Shown here one piece after another: positions 1 through 4,194 of a stretch of 6,141 nt of DNA. Position 1 is the stretch's first letter, and every line of letters starts with the position of its first letter. Source of the stretch: a virus; the IMG/VR virus record IMGVR_UViG_3300045988_001891, positions 1-6,141 of that record, one strand, 5' to 3'. The notes beneath the pieces were generated by a model. It searched no databases, was not told the DNA's origin, and saw only the letters and a list, made by a program, of their open reading frames with translations. Both the position numbers and the translations under genes were made by a program.

Positions 1-55
1 CGTCTGCCGCCTGTTGTCCATAGTTGTATTGTAGGCCCATTCCTTCTTTTTCATA
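1..55. repeat. Terminal redundancy, copy 1 (circular-genome assembly overlap)
   Basis: Bases 1-55 (cgtctgccgcctgttgtccatagttgtattgtaggcccattccttctttttcata) are identical base for base to 6087-6141. This implies a circular unit of 6086 nt. Confidence 0.97.
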
Positions 56-226
56 CTCCCATGCTTGTTGCATTAGTTTCTGTTGGTTTTTGAATCCGTT
101 ATTGTTTCTTTTGAACAGGCCTCCTAATAGTCCTAGACCACCACTGACTATTGATCCTATTCCTCCGGTTACAGCACCTGCTAATCCCGAGGTTGCTGCT
201 CCTGCTAATGTTGCTCCTAATCCCAT
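1..226 (-). CDS. VP2: DNA pilot / minor capsid protein VP2, N-terminal part (continues through the circular junction into 5236..6141)
   Basis: The frame of the 5236..6126 ORF stays open across the junction. Hand translation of 226->41 gives MGLGATLAGAATSGLAGAVTGGIGSIVSGGLGLLGGLFKRNNNGFKNQQKLMQQAWEYEKEG, followed directly by MGLQYNYGQQ. The ATG is at 224-226 and an in-frame TAA at 239-241 closes the frame upstream. A Gly/Ala-rich hydrophobic N-terminus is typical of gokusho/alpa-type VP2. The ORF track misses this part because it runs off the window edge. Confidence 0.85.
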   Translation of the reverse strand, partial: MGLGATLAGAATSGLAGAVTGGIGSIVSGGLGLLGGLFKRNNNGFKNQQKLMQQAWEYEKEGMGLQYNYGQQAAD

Positions 227-282
227 GATAATAAATTTTTACGTTCTTCGAGCTTACTTTTGAAGAAGCTCTACCTATATTT

Positions 283-310
283 ACTTGATATAATATGCTA
301 TATGCGTACT
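283..310. other. dif-like 28-mer (candidate XerC/D recombination site); function unproven
   Basis: The minus strand reads AGTACGCATAT-AGCATA-TTATATCAAGT. By hand alignment, 20 of 28 positions match E. coli dif as I recall it (GGTGCGCATAA-TGTATA-TTATGTTAAAT), including GCGCATA-like and TTAT cores in an 11-6-11 layout. The site lies in non-coding DNA. It is AT-rich, so a chance match is possible. Confidence 0.3.
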
Positions 311-326
311 GCGCTTTTTTGGCTTT

Positions 327-355
327 AAAAAGCGGACATAAATATTTACATCCGC
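327..355 (-). terminator. Rho-independent terminator downstream of the VP1 / 112-aa ORF transcription unit
   Basis: The minus-strand RNA reads GCGGAUGUAAAUAUUUAUGUCCGC followed by UUUUU. The stem has 5 G/C-rich pairs (332-336 with 351-355), then two positions that are G.U wobbles on the minus-strand transcript but C.A mismatches on the plus strand, then A/U pairs. It sits 35 nt after the stop codon at 390-392. Confidence 0.6.
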
Positions 356-376
356 CCTTTTCGCATATAGTGTTCG

Positions 377-392
377 TAGTCGTACCCGACTA
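377..392 (-). other. 6-bp hairpin overlapping the stop codon of the 112-aa ORF
   Basis: tagtcg (377-382) pairs perfectly with cgacta (387-392) around loop tacc. The stop codon TAG (390-392, minus strand) is part of the stem. Confidence 0.5.
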
Positions 393-728
393 GTTGTCTC
401 TAGTTGGATTTGGTTCAGTTACTCCTCCTTCGGTTTGACCTTCTGCTGCTTTTGGCGTTTCGGCTTCTCCCTTTTTGAGGTATTCATTCAATTTGTAGTT
501 ATTGACTCTATCCATTGCGTCCATGGCTAAAGCCCACTTGTCCGTTCGTACGTTGCAATCTTCTCTTACTCCTGCCTGTTTAGGCGTGTAGATCATAGGT
601 GCTCCGTCAGTTAACGGTTCGTTTTCGTCGAGAATTCTTTGGATCTTTTTGATTAAGGTTTCACCCTTTTCTGTCATCTCGATCATTCCTTTGAAGTTAT
701 TTATTCTTATTTTGTTAATTGTTTTCAT
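390..728 (-). CDS. Small acidic protein (112 aa), possible VP3-like scaffolding/assembly protein; function uncertain
   Basis: The ATG at 726-728 lies 2 nt after the VP1 stop, on the same strand. The segment GAPMIYTPKQAGVREDCNVRTDKWALAMDAMD resembles a motif I recall from small conserved proteins of Bacteroidetes-associated microviruses (..YT....GV....D/N-I/V-RTD-R/K-W/F..A..AMD). That is recollection only and is unverified. Confidence 0.8.
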   Translation of the reverse strand: MKTINKIRINNFKGMIEMTEKGETLIKKIQRILDENEPLTDGAPMIYTPKQAGVREDCNVRTDKWALAMDAMDRVNNYKLNEYLKKGEAETPKAAEGQTEGGVTEPNPTRDN

Positions 729-730
729 GA

Positions 731-2710
731 TTATAAGAATGGTATTTGTTTAGCACTATAATTACCTCGTCTCGTTGCCTGTACCACTGTTTGTACCCAG
801 AAGTTTTGGCTGTCTATTGATGTATCAGCAAAGATTTCGATGTATTTCTGTGGATCAATGTATGTAGTCAGATCATCGATCGTGTTATTATTACTTACAT
901 CGTAACGTCTGTTGAGCACCATAAAGTCTAAGGCTTCTCCCGCCGCAAAATCTCCGTATGTACGGTTATAATTAGTCATGTAGTCAATCCAAGCTACAGT
1001 TTTGTTCGCTGCTAGGTGTTTCATTTGACTGATGTTTCCTCCTCCATTGTATACGGATGTCTCTCCGACCATTTGTTCTTGTATTAAGTCTTGATATCCG
1101 ATTCCGTCAAGTGCTGGCTTGTGTAGATCATCAATTGTTTGTAAATTTAGATCAAAGTCGTTGCCTTGTGAATAATCGATCATCGGTGTGATGGCCATTA
1201 ATCCTATAATGTATCCCGGTTCTTCGCATTGATAGTGTATGTGTCCGTTATTGAGCGGCTTACCTCCTCTTCCGATTGCTGCGATATCTCCAAGCGGTTG
1301 GCTACCGTATGCTGTTTCTGTTGCACTTTTTGATATCACTTCATCGAATTCGATATATTGTGTCATACCTCCGATAAATACAGGTGTTTCGGGTCTATCA
1401 AGATATTTTCCTGCTGTGTACACTGTTTCCAACCAATCTCGATATGTGCCTCCTGCTACTGCGATTCTGTTCAGCATGTTGTAGACTTTCTGTTGCAAGT
1501 TTAATGCATCCATTGTCAACTTTCCGTCATTGGCTGTGATGTCAATGCTTGTTATTTCTGTGATGCCTCCTGCTCCGTCAATCCAATCTGTTTTCACCCA
1601 GTTGTTGAAGATGTCGCTGTCGTATGTTTTTAGCAACATTCCTCCTAGTTTATTACTTTGAGATGCTACTAAGTCGTCAAACATGTTTTTCAATTCTGCT
1701 GATCCGTTTTGGGATGCGTCTAGATTTGTTCCATATAGGATTAGTGTTTGGTTTCCTTTTTTATGTAGTATTACGTCTCTAATTTGATCAAGCAATTTTA
1801 AATCGTATTGCCCTAATTCGGTTTTTATAAAATTGGCCGTTTCTTTCGTTGTGAAAAATTGCAATATTGTTGCGTACGGGTTAGCGTTTATATTATTTAG
1901 TGTAATTGTGGCGGAATTTGCATTTGTTGTTAGTTGGCTTAATTTTTTATCGTATAAACCTCCGTCGCTTTCCAGTATTTTTACTTTTATACTATTCCAG
2001 AAAGGTGCGTAATTAGTTAAGATTACACCTGCTGCTATAGTGGTTGTGTCTGTTACTTTTATGCTGTTTTGGTTTTTTCCGATAATGTACAGCCCGTTAT
2101 TTAGATTATTGTATGATTTTTGAATTTCAAGTTTTACCTCTCCTGCTCCTTTTAACATATAAAATTTATCTTCTTGTGTGTTTGCAAAGAAATTTTTGAA
2201 TATGTCAAGATACATAAGTAGGGGAACTCCGTTTTTATAGACTCCTTTTGTTGAATCTGTTCCTGTCCTTCTTGATTTACTCCATCCAAGATATTTGTAC
2301 AAGGCTGATGCTGAGATGTTCGTTTTTGCTTCTGTTGCTGTTCCGTATGTCTGTGCTACCATCATTGGTAATTTGATGTCACTCATCTTCATACCAATTC
2401 CTGTTCGGTTATTGTGTAACCAGCTGTTATATAATCGGAAACCTCCAAAGAACATGAAGTGTTGTAGTTTGAATGATCCGAAAAGCGGCCCTAATGTTGG
2501 TTGGCTCAGTGTTTTGTTGATTAAGTTTAAATCGATGATATCTCCCTTTTGACAGAGTATTTTACAGAATGGTACAAGCATTCCTACACCGATCGAACTT
2601 CTGAATATTGTTGATATATCATGAGTAGACATATCATAGTCTCTCATTGCGACTTTCATTTTATTGTTGTCGCCTAGCGTATTTTTACCTAAGGTTCTTA
2701 CGACTGCCAT
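731..2710 (-). CDS. VP1: Major capsid protein VP1 (Microviridae F/VP1 jelly-roll family), 659 aa
   Basis: This is the longest ORF. Three blocks follow the conserved Microviridae capsid pattern: the N-terminal block ...HDISTIFRSSIGVGMLVPF...GD, the FMFFGGFRLYNSW block (compare FFVP.RL.W), and the C-terminal YIEIFA....NFWVQ....A.RR block. A canonical SD (GAGGAGG) lies 8 nt upstream of the ATG. Confidence 0.93.
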   Translation of the reverse strand: MAVVRTLGKNTLGDNNKMKVAMRDYDMSTHDISTIFRSSIGVGMLVPFCKILCQKGDIIDLNLINKTLSQPTLGPLFGSFKLQHFMFFGGFRLYNSWLHNNRTGIGMKMSDIKLPMMVAQTYGTATEAKTNISASALYKYLGWSKSRRTGTDSTKGVYKNGVPLLMYLDIFKNFFANTQEDKFYMLKGAGEVKLEIQKSYNNLNNGLYIIGKNQNSIKVTDTTTIAAGVILTNYAPFWNSIKVKILESDGGLYDKKLSQLTTNANSATITLNNINANPYATILQFFTTKETANFIKTELGQYDLKLLDQIRDVILHKKGNQTLILYGTNLDASQNGSAELKNMFDDLVASQSNKLGGMLLKTYDSDIFNNWVKTDWIDGAGGITEITSIDITANDGKLTMDALNLQQKVYNMLNRIAVAGGTYRDWLETVYTAGKYLDRPETPVFIGGMTQYIEFDEVISKSATETAYGSQPLGDIAAIGRGGKPLNNGHIHYQCEEPGYIIGLMAITPMIDYSQGNDFDLNLQTIDDLHKPALDGIGYQDLIQEQMVGETSVYNGGGNISQMKHLAANKTVAWIDYMTNYNRTYGDFAAGEALDFMVLNRRYDVSNNNTIDDLTTYIDPQKYIEIFADTSIDSQNFWVQTVVQATRRGNYSAKQIPFL

Positions 2711-2713
2711 AAT

Positions 2714-2947
2714 TTATTCCTCCTCTTTTTTTGATGCTTCTTTTTGTTTTTCTTCCCATTGATCAGCCTCTTTGCAGGCATAGATCATTGCTGCTACCAG
2801 ATTCCAATCTGTTGCGTCAATTACTTTTTGGGCTTCTTCTTCCGATTGAAATACTTGCTCAGTAGCCAAGTGATTACCAATAGTAATGATAACTTCATCT
2901 GATTCTGCGTCTTTTTTTCTGATTTTAAATGCTTCTTTTAAGTCCAT
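2714..2947 (-). CDS. Hypothetical small acidic protein (77 aa)
   Basis: ATG start, same strand, 5 nt after the upstream stop and 3 nt before the VP1 ATG. It is acidic with a KKEEE tail. I recognise no family. Confidence 0.65.
   Translation of the reverse strand: MDLKEAFKIRKKDAESDEVIITIGNHLATEQVFQSEEEAQKVIDATDWNLVAAMIYACKEADQWEEKQKEASKKEEE
2719..2725 (-). promoter_or_regulatory. Shine-Dalgarno site for VP1, embedded in the 3' end of the upstream ORF
   Basis: Plus-strand cctcctc equals GAGGAGG on the coding strand. An 8-nt spacer (AATAAATT) precedes the ATG at 2708-2710. Confidence 0.75.
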
Positions 2948-2952
2948 GATTT

Positions 2953-3153
2953 TTATTTTTTTTGGTTAATATTGATTTTTGTACTGTCAACTGAACTTGT
3001 TGTTGTTTGTTCGGTTTTTTGAGTACTGTTACTGTTATTTTTGCTTACGCTTAGTGACATAGTGCAGCTTTGCGCTGTTAGAACTGCTGCAATACTGATG
3101 ATTGCAGTACATACGATTTTGATAATTTCGTAGATAATTTTTCTTTTATCCAT
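2953..3153 (-). CDS. Small membrane-anchored or secreted protein (66 aa from ATG at 3151-3153); possible lipoprotein with a non-canonical lipobox
   Basis: The 76-aa ORF in the track starts at a TTG (3181-3183). The first ATG gives MDKRKIIYEIIKIVCTAIISIAAVLTAQSC TMSLSVSKNNSNSTQKTEQTTTSSVDSTKININQKK. That is a basic n-region, a hydrophobic stretch, a Cys after A-Q-S, then an S/T/N/Q-rich hydrophilic tail. The ATG overlaps the upstream stop (ATGGATAA). Confidence 0.65.
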   Translation of the reverse strand: MDKRKIIYEIIKIVCTAIISIAAVLTAQSCTMSLSVSKNNSNSTQKTEQTTTSSVDSTKININQKK

Positions 3154-3412
3154 CTTTAAATAATTTAAGTTGTTGTTTTTCAATCCATTTTTTATATTTT
3201 TCGATTACGTCGTATGTTTTAATACATAATAGCCTCCTTTCTTGTTTAATTAATTTGTATTTTTTCATTATCTGATCCTCGTTGATTTCCAACGATTCTT
3301 CTTCTGTTCCTACGCCCATATTAAAATAGGCGTAGGTTTTCATTTCTTTAAACGTAGTAAATTCTTTGTTGCGAAGAATATATTTACTTTGTCTTTTTTG
3401 TTTCTTTATCAT
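3146..3412 (-). CDS. Hypothetical basic protein (88 aa)
   Basis: ATG at 3410-3412, same strand. It overlaps the upstream ORF by 29 nt and the downstream ORF by 8 nt. It is Lys-rich (by my count about 22 K/R against 13 D/E). No family recognised. Confidence 0.55.
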   Translation of the reverse strand: MIKKQKRQSKYILRNKEFTTFKEMKTYAYFNMGVGTEEESLEINEDQIMKKYKLIKQERRLLCIKTYDVIEKYKKWIEKQQLKLFKDG

Positions 3413-3590
3413 TTTTTGGCATCATTTTATGTGTTTCTACTACGCACACGAGCTCGTATACTTCGTCATTGTTTGCTTCAGTTGCGATACCTAATGCTGT
3501 TTTGTAGGTCCATTTTTTTCCTAAGTTGAATGTTACCATTTGGTTGGTTGCTTTTTCTCTTCTGATGATTGTCCAATTTGTTGCTGCCAT
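3384..3590 (-). CDS. Hypothetical protein (68 aa)
   Basis: The ATG at 3588-3590 is preceded by a canonical SD (GAGGAGGT) with a 6-7 nt spacer, 2 nt after the upstream stop. No family recognised. Confidence 0.7.
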   Translation of the reverse strand: MAATNWTIIRREKATNQMVTFNLGKKWTYKTALGIATEANNDEVYELVCVVETHKMMPKNDKETKKTK

Positions 3591-3592
3591 GA

Positions 3593-3829
3593 TTATACCT
3601 CCTCTTCTTTAGATACCCTGTAATATATACTTTTTAAACTTCTCACACGGAATAGTTTTACCTCCCATTTTGCGTCTTTTTCCATGTTCATCAATTTGTC
3701 ATAGATGTTCATGTATGTTTCATGTACTCCTGCTTCTCCTATGATTTTTCTGATAATCATGGTTGTTCCTTCGTTGTTAGTTGCGTAAACTTCTACGCAA
3801 AGTTCGTCTGTAATTTTTTTAGTATCCAT
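3593..3829 (-). CDS. Hypothetical protein (78 aa), first gene after the long non-coding region
   Basis: ATG at 3827-3829 with an A-rich leader (AAAAACAAAAGATT-ATG). It is on the same strand and ends KEEEV, which encodes the SD for the next ORF. No family recognised. Confidence 0.65.
   Translation of the reverse strand: MDTKKITDELCVEVYATNNEGTTMIIRKIIGEAGVHETYMNIYDKLMNMEKDAKWEVKLFRVRSLKSIYYRVSKEEEV
3597..3604 (-). promoter_or_regulatory. Shine-Dalgarno site for the 68-aa ORF, embedded in the 3' end of the 78-aa ORF
   Basis: Plus-strand acctcctc equals GAGGAGGT on the coding strand. The following sequence is TATAATC then the ATG. Confidence 0.75.
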
Positions 3830-3832
3830 AAT

Positions 3833-3879
3833 CTTTTGTTTTTAATGTTCCATGTGGAACGGTTAATACTTTTGTTTTT
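3833..3879 (-). promoter_or_regulatory. Candidate regulatory module: 11-nt direct repeat flanking a palindrome just upstream of the small-ORF cassette
   Basis: cttttgttttt occurs at 3833-3843 and again exactly at 3869-3879. Between the copies lies the palindrome gttcca-tg-tggaac (3847-3860). On the coding strand: GTTC AAAAACAAAAG TATTAACC GTTCCACATGGAAC ATT AAAAACAAAAG ATT ATG. Confidence 0.4.
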
Positions 3880-3980
3880 GAACACTGCAAAGGTGCATTG
3901 TTTTTTCTGATTTTCCAAATTTTCTCTGATTCTTATAACTTTTCTTAACGTTTCCATAGCGCGAGCGACAAATAAGGGGT

Positions 3981-4000
3981 TATAGGGGCATACCCCTATA
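3981..4000. other. Perfect 8-bp hairpin (tatagggg / cata / cccctata)
   Basis: 3981-3988 pairs perfectly with 3993-4000 around a 4-nt loop. The stem is extendable by a G.T and a G:C pair (3979-3980 with 4001-4002). The flanking direct repeat ATAGCG-NN-AGC occurs at 3956-3966 and 3998-4008. Confidence 0.6.
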
Positions 4001-4024
4001 GCGTTAGCTCCTTGATATCGCCAA

Positions 4025-4061
4025 AGGCGCATACCACGACCTTTTGGTCGGGTACACGCCT
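4025..4061. other. Long imperfect GC-rich hairpin (14 bp in three helical segments)
   Basis: aggcg (4025-4029) pairs with cgcct (4057-4061), tacc (4032-4035) with ggta (4051-4054), and cgacc (4037-4041) with ggtcg (4046-4050). The loop is tttt. There is one 2x2 internal loop and one bulged A. Confidence 0.6.
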
Positions 4062-4175
4062 GTCCTTAATTAGGTATTGTAGGTAGCTGCCCTTCTGTCC
4101 TTCTCTACCTTTTCCTCCCTGTAAAATTAAAATAAAGCCTGCTGCATAGTGTAGTCCGTTCGTTATGGACAAGAC

Positions 4176-4194
4176 GTTTTCGTGAAACGAAAAC
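4176..4194 (-). other. 8-bp hairpin abutting the VP4 stop codon
   Basis: gttttcgt (4176-4183) pairs perfectly with acgaaaac (4187-4194) around loop gaa. The stem shares base 4194 with the VP4 stop codon (4194-4196). No U-tract follows on the coding strand, so this is not a classical terminator. Confidence 0.5.

Noticed and set aside
1-55. The 55-nt terminal direct repeat as a biological DTR, LTR or attachment-site duplication
   Set aside because: The repeat lies inside the VP2 coding sequence and simply restores that ORF when the ends are joined. Its length equals a common assembler k-mer. The parsimonious reading is a circular-contig overlap artefact.
286-294. Perfect extended -10 promoter element TGATATAAT on the window plus strand
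   Set aside because: It points away from all genes (antisense strand) and has no -35 partner at proper spacing. It is part of the same AT-rich motif discussed as dif-like. Such hexamers arise easily in AT-rich non-coding DNA. A short antisense RNA ending at the 332-355 hairpin cannot be excluded but is unsupported.
3154-3183. N-terminal 10 residues (MKNNNLNYLK) of the 76-aa ORF in the track
   Set aside because: The codon at 3181-3183 is TTG, not ATG. The in-frame ATG at 3151-3153 gives a textbook basic n-region plus hydrophobic core and overlaps the upstream stop. I therefore call the shorter 66-aa product.
3410-3420. A-run (CCAAAAAATG) at the 68-aa/88-aa ORF overlap as a programmed frameshift site
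   Set aside because: A -1 slip on A AAA AAT reads straight into TGA. The 88-aa frame is open for only three codons upstream of its own ATG. Independent initiation at the ATG is simpler.
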